Shown here piece after piece: positions 1 through 8,757 of a stretch of 64,000 nucleotides of DNA. Location: the sequence record OM718002.1; one strand, given 5' to 3'. Below the pieces are notes generated by a model, which had not been told where the DNA came from, searched no databases, and saw only the letters and a list, made by a program, of their open reading frames with translations. Each line of letters opens with the position of its first letter. Within the stretch, counting starts at the first letter, position 1. The position numbers and the translations under genes were made by a program.

Positions 1-5
1 GACTG

Positions 6-1334
6 ATGACGACTAGTGAGTATGCCGAACTCTATGTCAAGTTATATCCTGAATCACAAATGGGTCTAGCATGTGAACGGGTTATCAGTAATTGTAACAC
101 ACATCCATTCAAATCACCGGTTGTTAATATCGGTTCTCAGGGTGAAACATTTAAGACTGTAGGTTTGGACGGCAGTTCTATAGATACCAACTGGACGACT
201 AAGGGACCTTTATACATGGTCGTCGAGTTAATGAATCGCGGTGATATGGGCTGGCCTAATCCAGAGATTAGTGTCACTCTTGCAGATCCGACTGATCGAA
301 TGATGTTTTGCCAATCAGAGATCGTCAATGGACGTGCCCACTTCTTTGGTGGTATCTATAGTAAGTTTAATAGTTACACATACGCCGTTAATAAACATAT
401 TAGTGTGAATCTAGATGGAACAGATCGACAGGTACATGCCGATATGCCAGTTGGAGTGTATAACGCCTGTACCTGGGTACATGGTAATAAGATCTACTGT
501 TTAGGTGGCGCTAAGAAGATAGGTGGTAGCGAATATACATATTCTGAACTTTATAATGACATTCAGGTATGGGAAGACGATGGTACCCAAGAAGGTATAT
601 GGACAACGATAACTAATAGTCTACCATTTTATTATGGCGCAAGCGTCACCACATACCAAGATATGAAATCAGATAAGAAACGCCTCTTGTATATTGGCGG
701 GTATAACGATGTAGTGCCATCTGGTGAAAATAACTTCGCTACGGCTGATTTGGATACATTCGATGGTACGTTCACCGTTTATGATAGGGCGACCTTCTAT
801 AGTGGTAGCGGTGGTGGTCCTGTAACGCAATATGAAGATTATTTTCTTTGGGTCGGTCCAGAAACTAGAACAAATAACTATACGAATGCGACATATAGTT
901 TCACGATTCCCGAGGAAGTAGACAATTTTATCTATACAAGTGGGATTAAACAACAAGGGACTGAATTACCCACAACCAAAGGTGGTAAGATACATGTTTG
1001 GCGTGATACGATCTTTATGTTCAGCGAGGCATCGATTGATAAAAAGCAAGGTGAGTTATATCTATATCAATTCGTACCAAGCGAAAGCAGGTGGCTAAAA
1101 ATAACTGTACCTATACCTGGATTAAGTGAAGATACCCGCGCATCTATCAGTGGTGCATTCCATGAAGGTAAGTTAGTCCTTATGTTAAATCAACCGTGGA
1201 CTAATGCTTCATTCGTTTCAAGTTTCTACTCCATTAGTCTAATTGATCCAATCGATGCTCCGATTGTTCCAGTAACTGATGTTATAGTCGGCAATAGTCG
1301 AATATTCACAACATACGCCGAGGTTTCGATATGA
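6..1334 (+). CDS. Kelch-repeat (beta-propeller) protein, probably virion-associated
   Basis: Kelch-like motifs VHGNKIYCLGG and LLYIGGYND with downstream W; sits in a plus-strand block of phiKZ-like structural-type genes. Confidence 0.55.
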   Translation: MTTSEYAELYVKLYPESQMGLACERVISNCNTHPFKSPVVNIGSQGETFKTVGLDGSSIDTNWTTKGPLYMVVELMNRGDMGWPNPEISVTLADPTDRMMFCQSEIVNGRAHFFGGIYSKFNSYTYAVNKHISVNLDGTDRQVHADMPVGVYNACTWVHGNKIYCLGGAKKIGGSEYTYSELYNDIQVWEDDGTQEGIWTTITNSLPFYYGASVTTYQDMKSDKKRLLYIGGYNDVVPSGENNFATADLDTFDGTFTVYDRATFYSGSGGGPVTQYEDYFLWVGPETRTNNYTNATYSFTIPEEVDNFIYTSGIKQQGTELPTTKGGKIHVWRDTIFMFSEASIDKKQGELYLYQFVPSESRWLKITVPIPGLSEDTRASISGAFHEGKLVLMLNQPWTNASFVSSFYSISLIDPIDAPIVPVTDVIVGNSRIFTTYAEVSI

Positions 1335-2191
1335 TCACATTTAAAATTCGGAATCCAAACTCTAGATCTATTACGAGTATAGAGGTGTATCGAGAACTGA
1401 CGGGGGTGCCAATTCCAGATGTACCGGTTAATCCACCACTCCAGAAACTAGATGGATTCACTACTGCCATTATTGACTATGATGTTGTAACTGGTAATAC
1501 ATACGACTACCGTATTAGGACTGTGCGTGAAGGTGGTGACTTTGCAATGAGTCCTGTATTTACGTTCAAAGCTGTATCACCTTACGGACCAGGTGGTTTC
1601 TTAGAACCTATGGCTCAAACCGTAGGTGCTGCGCTCTTGGATAAAGTAACTAGTCTAGAAGAACTACCCAGTTTACAAGAACTCTTGGCGCTGTTTGACG
1701 GACAACCAAATAACGCTATTAACTGGACGGATAAGTGGGTTAAAGTTAAACAAGGTTCAGATATCTATTTCTTCCCGAGTATGGGTTACATTGAAGTACC
1801 CAAGACTAATATAGCGACCCTACTCAGTCGTATAAATGCTACCCCTACAATAACCAAAGGGGATTGCAAATATTCTTTTAGGGCCAGTGATTTACAAGAA
1901 AGATCATACATGCCGGTACTAGACGGTCGATTTGTATGTAAGTACCCACTACCAACTGAATATCCTCGGAAGTCTATGGCGTCAGCTATTAATGATATCG
2001 TCGGTAAGAATATAGATAACGTTAGGGTATTCATGACTGTATCCGAATCAACGTCTACTGTAAAGGCTTATAAAGATACACGAAAATATGGATCATCCGT
2101 GGCGTCTATAGTCAATCCTGTTTCGGATAGCGGAACAGATTGGTATTGGAAACCTATACTGAAATTCGTACAAGAATCGGGGGTAGTTTAA
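1331..2191 (+). CDS. Putative virion protein with N-terminal FN3/Ig-like domain
   Basis: N-terminus SIEVYR...IIDYDVVTGNTYDYRIRTV resembles FN3-like modules of phiKZ-like virion paralogs; ATGA overlap with upstream gene. Confidence 0.5.
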   Translation: MITFKIRNPNSRSITSIEVYRELTGVPIPDVPVNPPLQKLDGFTTAIIDYDVVTGNTYDYRIRTVREGGDFAMSPVFTFKAVSPYGPGGFLEPMAQTVGAALLDKVTSLEELPSLQELLALFDGQPNNAINWTDKWVKVKQGSDIYFFPSMGYIEVPKTNIATLLSRINATPTITKGDCKYSFRASDLQERSYMPVLDGRFVCKYPLPTEYPRKSMASAINDIVGKNIDNVRVFMTVSESTSTVKAYKDTRKYGSSVASIVNPVSDSGTDWYWKPILKFVQESGVV

Positions 2192-3051
2192 TGTATATCA
2201 CTACTAATAATGTTAGGGGTTGGCCAGGTTCTACACCAATCGTTACCTTCTGGTCCTATTCGAATGATATACCTTGGGACTATAATAACCTACCACCTCA
2301 TTACTACCATGACTGGGATCTATTGAGCGGGTTTTATCCAGGTAGAATACCTGATGACAAATGTATCTGGTTAAATCTCAAGTATAAAGATATATTTGGT
2401 CAATTAGCTTACACTGGTCCAATGCGCTCAGTAAGTATCAGCAGTGGATGGAAAAAGGTATTGGGGTATGCTGATCTAGAGGCTGGGGATGGTATCTACG
2501 CTCGATTAACTAAGTCTTATAAAGCAGAGAATCGACCGACCCTTAAATCAATCTCAACAACACCATACCTTATCCCAGAAATGAATGTAGATGAAGCACC
2601 CACGCCTTACTTCATCGATAACGAATATGTTGCATTCCATGATAAGTCTAGTATTAAAGCCTCAGCAGCAGTTGCTGTTTATCATGCAGGGTATATGGCT
2701 AGTTCAGGTGATATGACTGGTGTCTGGCCTCCAGAGCTAATTGAACAGATTGGTGGTAATAGAGAACAAGGTAGGGCTATTGATCTCTTAGATGTGAAAT
2801 GGTCTGTTTATGTACCTACACTCGCAGAATTCAAGCGGTATATGGGTACAGCTTTCCAGACCGGGATAATGTCAGACCAGCCACCGGTAACGAATATAAC
2901 TCTACCAGATAATGTCAAATTCATCACATCAACCCCTTCACCGAGGAATGTGAGAATGTTGGTTGCGATTGATAATACTGGGACAGAACATGATGTCGAC
3001 CCAACTGATGAAGTAGATGTAATGTTTGTATTTAGACCTACACTAAAATAA
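2191..3051 (+). CDS. Hypothetical protein, probably virion-associated
   Basis: ORF track starts at 2140, but ATG 2191 overlaps the upstream stop (TAATG) and follows GGGGG; ends just before a terminator. Confidence 0.6.
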   Translation: MYITTNNVRGWPGSTPIVTFWSYSNDIPWDYNNLPPHYYHDWDLLSGFYPGRIPDDKCIWLNLKYKDIFGQLAYTGPMRSVSISSGWKKVLGYADLEAGDGIYARLTKSYKAENRPTLKSISTTPYLIPEMNVDEAPTPYFIDNEYVAFHDKSSIKASAAVAVYHAGYMASSGDMTGVWPPELIEQIGGNREQGRAIDLLDVKWSVYVPTLAEFKRYMGTAFQTGIMSDQPPVTNITLPDNVKFITSTPSPRNVRMLVAIDNTGTEHDVDPTDEVDVMFVFRPTLK

Positions 3052-3065
3052 CTTTATATGACATA

Positions 3066-3089
3066 AGACCCCTCTATATAGAGGGGTCT
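3066..3089 (+). terminator. Intrinsic terminator hairpin (perfect 24-nt palindrome)
   Basis: agacccctctat/atagaggggtct just after the stop at 3051. Confidence 0.75.
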
Positions 3090-3210
3090 ATTTATAAGTA
3101 AAATTATACATAGAGTCAATATTATCTGTAGATTAGCTCTACACATAACTCAACTTGAAACCGGGTGTTAAAAAAATTTAACACTACGGAAAACATAAAG
3201 GTGTATAAAA

Positions 3211-3840
3211 ATGGCTTTTCATTTTACTGAAGTAGATTTAAATGATTTTATCAATGAATCAGGTAAAGACTTAAAAATAAATGTTGGTAAACAAACACTA
3301 GCAGTTTATGATATCAATAGGCTAAATATTGTTAATTCAGCTATTAATAAACTAGTTTATAATGAACCTATAAGTGAAGAACACATAGACGCATCACTTA
3401 CAGATAATTCATTGAAAGAGCTTAATGATTATTTACTAAATGTTGGTGTTACTGAAAGCGCTAAAATGATGATTGATGCTGTGTTAGAATTAAGCGATTA
3501 TCATAAAAGTGATGAATACTTTAATCCAATGATGTATAAATTAAAAAGTATGCACACTAAAAATACAGATGGTGTTTATTTGATATTTTTACCAACACCT
3601 ACTATCGATGATCACATTAACACCATGCAAGGGTATATTATCAATAAATCCGGTAATCTCATTAGGACTACTGTGCAGTCATGGCGATTTGAGAAAATTG
3701 AATTCAAAGACTTAGCCAAACATGATAGACGTTGGCTATTTATTGAATACTACATTAATGTTAAGCAAACGAAAAATAATATAATCAAAGAACAACAAAA
3801 CGAATTAACTAAATTTATTTATTATAGTACTCCAAGTTAA
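3211..3840 (+). CDS. Hypothetical protein
   Basis: 209-aa ORF, AAGGT upstream, followed by a hairpin. Confidence 0.7.
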   Translation: MAFHFTEVDLNDFINESGKDLKINVGKQTLAVYDINRLNIVNSAINKLVYNEPISEEHIDASLTDNSLKELNDYLLNVGVTESAKMMIDAVLELSDYHKSDEYFNPMMYKLKSMHTKNTDGVYLIFLPTPTIDDHINTMQGYIINKSGNLIRTTVQSWRFEKIEFKDLAKHDRRWLFIEYYINVKQTKNNIIKEQQNELTKFIYYSTPS

Positions 3841-3862
3841 AACAAATAAAAAAATAAATATA

Positions 3863-3889
3863 AGAGCTAGCCCTTAATGGGCTAGCTCT
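3863..3889. terminator. Bidirectional terminator
   Basis: agagctagccc-ttaat-gggctagctct between convergent genes. Confidence 0.8.
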
Positions 3890-3897
3890 ATGTTATC

Positions 3898-4035
3898 TTA
3901 CTCTGCTACATCTTTTACATCAGGTTTATTATTTCCACGTACTGCTCTCACAATACCATACGTAAGAATAAGAGCACCTACGGTGCCAATAGTGGTGCTA
4001 ATAATAATACCAAGAGTTTTTGGATCAATATTCAT
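3898..4035 (-). CDS. Small single-TM membrane protein (45 aa, not in ORF track)
   Basis: Manual translation MNIDPKTLGIIISTTIGTVGALILTYGIVRAVRGNNKPDVKDVAE; AGGA upstream; downstream of a promoter variant. Confidence 0.7.
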   Translation of the reverse strand: MNIDPKTLGIIISTTIGTVGALILTYGIVRAVRGNNKPDVKDVAE

Positions 4036-4091
4036 ATTTAGTATCCTATTTACAATTAATAGAAAATATTACTTTTAGTAATATCAAGTTA

Positions 4092-4099
4092 GTGATATA
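4092..4099 (-). promoter_or_regulatory. Early promoter variant TATATCAC
   Basis: One mismatch to TATATTAC; shares the flanking ctgtttaaa block with 24852 and 49996. Confidence 0.55.
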
Positions 4100-4170
4100 C
4101 TGTTTAAATAGGTTTGAATATAATTTTATTTATTATAATACTCATTAAAATAATACTTTCATATACACTA

Positions 4171-4174
4171 TATG
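4171..4174 (+). promoter_or_regulatory. Candidate late promoter TATG for the tRNA
   Basis: TATG 12 nt upstream of the tRNA; TATG is the phiKZ nvRNAP late motif but is only a 4-mer. Confidence 0.4.
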
Positions 4175-4185
4175 TAGAAGATTCC

Positions 4186-4262
4186 GCCGCTATAGCTCAG
4201 CTAGGTAGAGCAACGCACTTGTAATGCGTAGGTCCTCCGTTCGATTCGGAGTGGCGGCACCA
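4186..4262 (+). tRNA. trnT: tRNA-Thr(UGU)
   Basis: Full cloverleaf: GCCGCTA/TGGCGGC acceptor, GCTC/GAGC D-stem, ACGCA-CT-TGT-AA-TGCGT, CTCCG-TTCGATT-CGGAG, encoded CCA. Confidence 0.97.
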
Positions 4263-4340
4263 AATTTACTGAGGTTTAAACTATTCTTAAATATATTAGT
4301 TAGGATGGGATTGAACGCGAAAGACTCAGTAAATCATATT

Positions 4341-4360
4341 GCCCCTCCATATGGAGGGGC
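4341..4360 (+). terminator. Terminator after the tRNA (perfect 20-nt palindrome)
   Basis: gcccctccat/atggaggggc followed by TTATG. Confidence 0.75.
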
Positions 4361-4391
4361 TTATGTTTGTCATTAATCAGGAAAATATAAA

Positions 4392-4568
4392 ATGAGTCAT
4401 CTATTATTTATCATCCAAGAATACATTACTAATAAATTTGAGATAACACGAATTGATATGAAGCCAGGCAATCGAATGTTACGCGTATGTGTATACGGTC
4501 AACATGAGGGGAAAGGTTTCGTCCGTGTAGATTTATGGTCAGTTGGTTATCGCATTACAAAGAAATAA
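4392..4568 (+). CDS. Small hypothetical protein (58 aa, not in ORF track)
   Basis: Manual translation MSHLLFIIQEY...GYRITKK; CAGGA upstream. Confidence 0.6.
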   Translation: MSHLLFIIQEYITNKFEITRIDMKPGNRMLRVCVYGQHEGKGFVRVDLWSVGYRITKK

Positions 4569-4585
4569 TACTCCAGATTATTTAA

Positions 4586-4589
4586 TATG
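4586..4589 (+). promoter_or_regulatory. Candidate late promoter TATG
   Basis: TATG 25 nt upstream of ATG 4611, followed by AAGGA. Confidence 0.3.
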
Positions 4590-4610
4590 TATTAATCAAA
4601 GGAATTTATA

Positions 4611-5021
4611 ATGAGTAATGAAACTAACTATCTAGGTTATGAATGGAAAACAGATATAACTACTTCAAATATTAATAGAGTGGTTGATTTATATACACTT
4701 GAATTAGCATGGTTAAAAGAAGATTTTAATGATACTCTTTTTATAAAGTCTTATAAAGTTTTAGAGGGTCTATTAGAGGAACCGTCTAGGGCAATCCATG
4801 ATGATACAGTAACTATTCAAGATCAATTAGATGAATTAAATACTGTTTTTAAATTAGTATTTGGAAAAGATAATGACGTAGAGTTATCAATTAATAATGA
4901 TTCAATTATTGTGATCGGTGCTACAGATGCAACTAAAGAAAAATTAGAAGCAGAGGTGCGTGAGTTTGCATATAGAAAATCATTAATTGATGAACGTTAT
5001 CCAGACATTGTAACGGATTAA
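4611..5021 (+). CDS. Hypothetical protein
   Basis: 136-aa ORF with AAGGA SD. Confidence 0.75.
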   Translation: MSNETNYLGYEWKTDITTSNINRVVDLYTLELAWLKEDFNDTLFIKSYKVLEGLLEEPSRAIHDDTVTIQDQLDELNTVFKLVFGKDNDVELSINNDSIIVIGATDATKEKLEAEVREFAYRKSLIDERYPDIVTD

Positions 5022-5101
5022 AATACTTACAGCTATCTAGTATGTAACTAGGCGGATTGCCATTTGTAAATTATCTATTTAATCAAACTGAGGAAATACT
5101 A

Positions 5102-5491
5102 ATGAAACAATTCTTTCAACTACTTCTAAGCCTACTTTTCAAACTACCGGTTCTATCATATTTTGCTGAGAAGAAACGACTAGAGAAAGAGAAAAAGGAA
5201 GAAGAAAAGCGTCAGCAAGAACAACGTCAAAAAGAACTACTTGACGAACAGCGTCGCGAACAAGAAGATCATTATCGAAAGACGGCTTACGATCGCCTAG
5301 CAAAACTTATTCATACTCGGTGGTATGATGAGTTTAATGCATATGAAAAGAAACTAGTTGATCTTGCCGTGTCTACTGGTAAAGCAGTTAGTGTTAAGTA
5401 TGGTAAAGTTACTAAGATGCAACACCCTCATCAATTTAAACTACTTAATGATTGGCTGGATGATATTCCAGTAGAAGATTTTTCTAAGTGA
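5102..5491 (+). CDS. Hypothetical protein with hydrophobic N-terminus and E/K/Q coiled coil
   Basis: Start moved from 5057 to ATG 5102 (GAGGA SD); TATG at 5041. Confidence 0.7.
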   Translation: MKQFFQLLLSLLFKLPVLSYFAEKKRLEKEKKEEEKRQQEQRQKELLDEQRREQEDHYRKTAYDRLAKLIHTRWYDEFNAYEKKLVDLAVSTGKAVSVKYGKVTKMQHPHQFKLLNDWLDDIPVEDFSK

Positions 5492-5517
5492 GTTTAAATA
5501 AAAAAATAAAGACATAT

Positions 5518-5539
5518 CCCCTCTCCATACGGAGAGGGG
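5518..5539. terminator. Bidirectional terminator
   Basis: cccctctcc-atac-ggagagggg between convergent genes. Confidence 0.8.
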
Positions 5540-5551
5540 TTTATGCCGTAA

Positions 5552-6232
5552 TTATACACTTACTTTGATAAGATTTTTAATATCAGTAAAATGGGTATAT
5601 GTTGCCTTTTTATCTTTGTGAACCAGTAAGCAACAGGTGCCTTCATTTACTGTATTGGTTTGTTTTAATGGGATATTTAAAGCATATTCAAACAGATCAT
5701 CCATCCAGTTAAATACCATGAACTTACTGATAAGGACATGATCGAAATCAATTAATCCAATAAACGAATCGATCTCAAATTGATAATACTCTACAACCAT
5801 TTTAGACCATTCTTTGTTTATTGCCTCAATGACATTAGGATTATTTATTTTATTAAATAACTCAGTGCGTTCCTTAGTAGGTAAACTGAGGTAATAATTA
5901 ATATTACTCCTAACGATATCTGGATTAGTGATATCAATTTTTTCTGGTAAGTTATATTTACTATCTACATAATTCTTAGTTTCTGGCGTCATTCTCCAGC
6001 AACCATAATCAGCAGTAGTACTTGATAGATCTACTCTAGCCTCTACTACTTTAGAAAATACATTTACATATAAATTAACAGATTCACATATATCAGGTCT
6101 GATTGAATTAAAGTTTAAACTTTTAATAAGACCCCTAACTGGTCGAGTACCAATTAGACAATGCAATTCAAGCTTAACATTTTCCTCTTTAGCCATCTTA
6201 AATATATCAGCAAAACTGAGCTTTTCTACCAT
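5552..6232 (-). CDS. Hypothetical protein
   Basis: 226-aa ORF, AAGGT upstream. Confidence 0.7.
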   Translation of the reverse strand: MVEKLSFADIFKMAKEENVKLELHCLIGTRPVRGLIKSLNFNSIRPDICESVNLYVNVFSKVVEARVDLSSTTADYGCWRMTPETKNYVDSKYNLPEKIDITNPDIVRSNINYYLSLPTKERTELFNKINNPNVIEAINKEWSKMVVEYYQFEIDSFIGLIDFDHVLISKFMVFNWMDDLFEYALNIPLKQTNTVNEGTCCLLVHKDKKATYTHFTDIKNLIKVSV

Positions 6233-6401
6233 TTAGAATATACCTTTTATTAATTGGACAAATAGATTAGATACACATAGCAATAGAATAAACCATAAAC
6301 CTAGTCTTTGTAATTTATCTATACGCTTAGCTTTTTGTTTCCTCTTTAATCTAACTAATAATGTATTTTTAATATCATTCATTAAATTATCTCAGATTTT
6401 T

Positions 6402-6917
6402 TTAGACGGTGTATAAACCTTCAGTATTACATGTTGTTATGATGTTGTAAAGACGATGCCAATAGCGATCATACGTATTTTTACGTTTGTAGCTATTGGT
6501 GCGGATGACTAGATTGGCGACCCAGTGATTCTGATCAATGGTCTCATGTAGATGCCCGAAATAAGCCCCCAGTTCAATTTCGAATGGGATCTTACACTCA
6601 CGCCCCTTACACATTGCTTCACGTAATAAACGCATTGCAGAATTCTCTGCATTAGTGTCTTTAAATAAAAGACTAATGTATCCAGGGCTACCACCAGTTT
6701 CTTCATCAACATGGCCTGAACAACAATAAATAGTTGCAATATTGGTGAATTGGTTAAACCATTTAATCAATGGTCTACATGCTTCATCAATAAGATCTTC
6801 ATATTCAGGTTTATACATTACTTTAACAGTATCATCTGCACGTTGTTTCACATGATGAAAATATTGCTCCCAATTTACATTAGTGTAATATAGCATATCC
6901 ATATTAGAATTACTCAT
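6402..6917 (-). CDS. Hypothetical protein with CCSGH motif
   Basis: TIYCCSGH motif recalls Tyw3-like/phage T..sCsGH proteins (inference); start moved to 6917 on SD grounds. Confidence 0.6.
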   Translation of the reverse strand: MSNSNMDMLYYTNVNWEQYFHHVKQRADDTVKVMYKPEYEDLIDEACRPLIKWFNQFTNIATIYCCSGHVDEETGGSPGYISLLFKDTNAENSAMRLLREAMCKGRECKIPFEIELGAYFGHLHETIDQNHWVANLVIRTNSYKRKNTYDRYWHRLYNIITTCNTEGLYTV

Positions 6918-6922
6918 ACAAA

Positions 6923-7654
6923 TCAACCCCATATGTTATTGGCATATTCGCGGTCATTGAAAATGCGGGTAAGATCCATCCGCTTTTGAATGCGCGCTAG
7001 TATCCATTTTAGTTGTTTAGTTGATAGTTCTTGATTTTGCTTGTACTCACCTGTAGCATGGATGTAATAATCAAATTTACGACTTACAGTAGTAGTATGT
7101 GCACATGCAATAGCAAATGCTTCAAGTGCAGTTAGTTTGGTTGATCCATTATCATTACAATTAGGGATAAACTCAAGTACACTATTAACTGCATCTACAC
7201 CACTACCCAAATGAGCCCAATCTTTCTTGGTGATGTTGATACCCATGTCTTTAAGAATAACTGTATATATGTCACCATTCTCCATAGTGAACATCATAGA
7301 AGTATTACCATTAAACAACCTGCGTTCTATGACTGGCAAGATATTTACTTCAACTTTAAACCAATCAGCTAAATCAACACCTGCGGTAAGGGCATTCAAT
7401 AGATCATAAACATTATCTATAGTTCCAGCAAAAGCCATAGTTTTAACACGTTTGCCTTGCCAAGTAACAGTCGGATGAAAAATTATCTTGTGGCAATCAT
7501 TGTAATATACATCTACACCTTCAGCTTTAGCAGTTAGATCAATATAACCGTTATCTAATACTGGAAGTCGCCCAATGCTATCAGTTGCATTATTCCGCTC
7601 AATTAATAGGCAGTCTGCAATCATGACTTTACCATCATTTACGATATATGTCAT
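6923..7654 (-). CDS. Hypothetical protein
   Basis: About 243 aa; AAGGGG SD fits ATG 7654. Confidence 0.7.
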   Translation of the reverse strand: MTYIVNDGKVMIADCLLIERNNATDSIGRLPVLDNGYIDLTAKAEGVDVYYNDCHKIIFHPTVTWQGKRVKTMAFAGTIDNVYDLLNALTAGVDLADWFKVEVNILPVIERRLFNGNTSMMFTMENGDIYTVILKDMGINITKKDWAHLGSGVDAVNSVLEFIPNCNDNGSTKLTALEAFAIACAHTTTVSRKFDYYIHATGEYKQNQELSTKQLKWILARIQKRMDLTRIFNDREYANNIWG

Positions 7655-7697
7655 TTTCACCCCTTATAATAAAATAAATAGGCTTAAGCGAAATAAA

Positions 7698-7717
7698 GCC
7701 CTCCCCGAAGGGAGGGC
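7698..7717 (-). terminator. cUUCGg-loop terminator
   Basis: Minus strand gccctccc-ttcg-gggagggc followed by tttatt. Confidence 0.85.
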
Positions 7718-7730
7718 ATTATCAATAGGT

Positions 7731-7794
7731 GGGATCTCGGCGGCACCTTCATTTGCGGACGGGAACGCTGAAGGGAGATAGTCCGGGAGATCCC
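7731..7794. ncRNA. Candidate structured RNA element
   Basis: GC-rich intergenic island; gggatctc/gagatccc, ccttca/tgaagg and cross-pairing cggac/gtccg. Confidence 0.4.
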
Positions 7795-7820
7795 GATTTG
7801 GGTATTCTTTACATATGGTA

Positions 7821-8201
7821 TTACTGCAAGTATTTGTTCCCCGCAGTATAATCACCATTGATCCAATTTTTGATTACAACACTGATCCCTTCATTTTCTT
7901 TAACGGTAACCCCCAACTCAAGATCGATTGATTGATAAGCTACAGCCGCCAGTGTTAACCGAAGATAAACGGATCCATCTTTTTCGATATCGTAGGATAC
8001 TACGAACCCGTCTTGTAGATTTTGTAGCTGGAATGTATTAGCATGTTGTGGGTGGAGACGATCCATATTGTACTCGACGACATCTAGTAGATATTGCCGA
8101 GCATCAGCAGCATTATCAAATCCGAGATCGCACAGACCGATCGGATAGCGAGCTTGCGTGCATGTAACTTTCATAGATACTACACGATGTTGTTTGCACA
8201 T
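7821..8201 (-). CDS. Hypothetical protein
   Basis: 126-aa ORF, GAGGA SD. Confidence 0.75.
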   Translation of the reverse strand: MCKQHRVVSMKVTCTQARYPIGLCDLGFDNAADARQYLLDVVEYNMDRLHPQHANTFQLQNLQDGFVVSYDIEKDGSVYLRLTLAAVAYQSIDLELGVTVKENEGISVVIKNWINGDYTAGNKYLQ

Positions 8202-8226
8202 TATATTTTCCTCTTAGATGTCAAAA

Positions 8227-8249
8227 ACCCTCCCCGATCAGGGGAGGGT
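8227..8249 (-). terminator. Intrinsic terminator
   Basis: accctcccc-5 nt-ggggagggt with a T-tract on the minus strand. Confidence 0.8.
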
Positions 8250-8342
8250 ATCTCATTGGTACTTCTTCAGCAAAACTGAAACTAAGATAAAAGAGCAATC
8301 GTAAAGGAACTACATAGAATAGTGTATTTCTTTTACTATTTT

Positions 8343-8756
8343 TTACACAACCTCTTTAGATGGGGGTTCTTTATGAATCCAGTCTAAAGTTGTTGGTAAA
8401 CTATTATCTGATCTGAAGGTACACACCGTCCGGAACCGAGAGTGATCAACTACAGATAATTGCCCGTTAATCGCAGCCTCATATTGCCTACACAACTTCA
8501 CACACCTTTTCTCTAGATCAGTTGGTTCGTAACCTTCTTCTCTTGGTTCAGTGTATGGTCCATCCCAAAAGAATATTAATCTAAGATCAATCCCAGATTT
8601 ATACTCCGCTTGGTATGAATATTGATGAACATCAAAATCATCTAATTCTTCAACTAGATGTGATGTTATTGTTCTAGGGTGTTCATGAGTTAATTCACTG
8701 TATATATGTTTATTTCTAGGGTTTTGTAAATCAACTACGATAAGTTGACTAGTCAT
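8343..8756 (-). CDS. Hypothetical protein
   Basis: Start moved to ATG 8756, just after the stop of the 8758 gene. Confidence 0.65.
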   Translation of the reverse strand: MTSQLIVVDLQNPRNKHIYSELTHEHPRTITSHLVEELDDFDVHQYSYQAEYKSGIDLRLIFFWDGPYTEPREEGYEPTDLEKRCVKLCRQYEAAINGQLSVVDHSRFRTVCTFRSDNSLPTTLDWIHKEPPSKEVV

Positions 8757-8757
8757 T

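Noticed and set aside
7664-7858. 64-aa ORF spanning the structured element and terminator
   Set aside because: It runs through a terminator and overlaps the upstream gene; its GC-rich, Pro/Ala-rich content is better explained by RNA structure.
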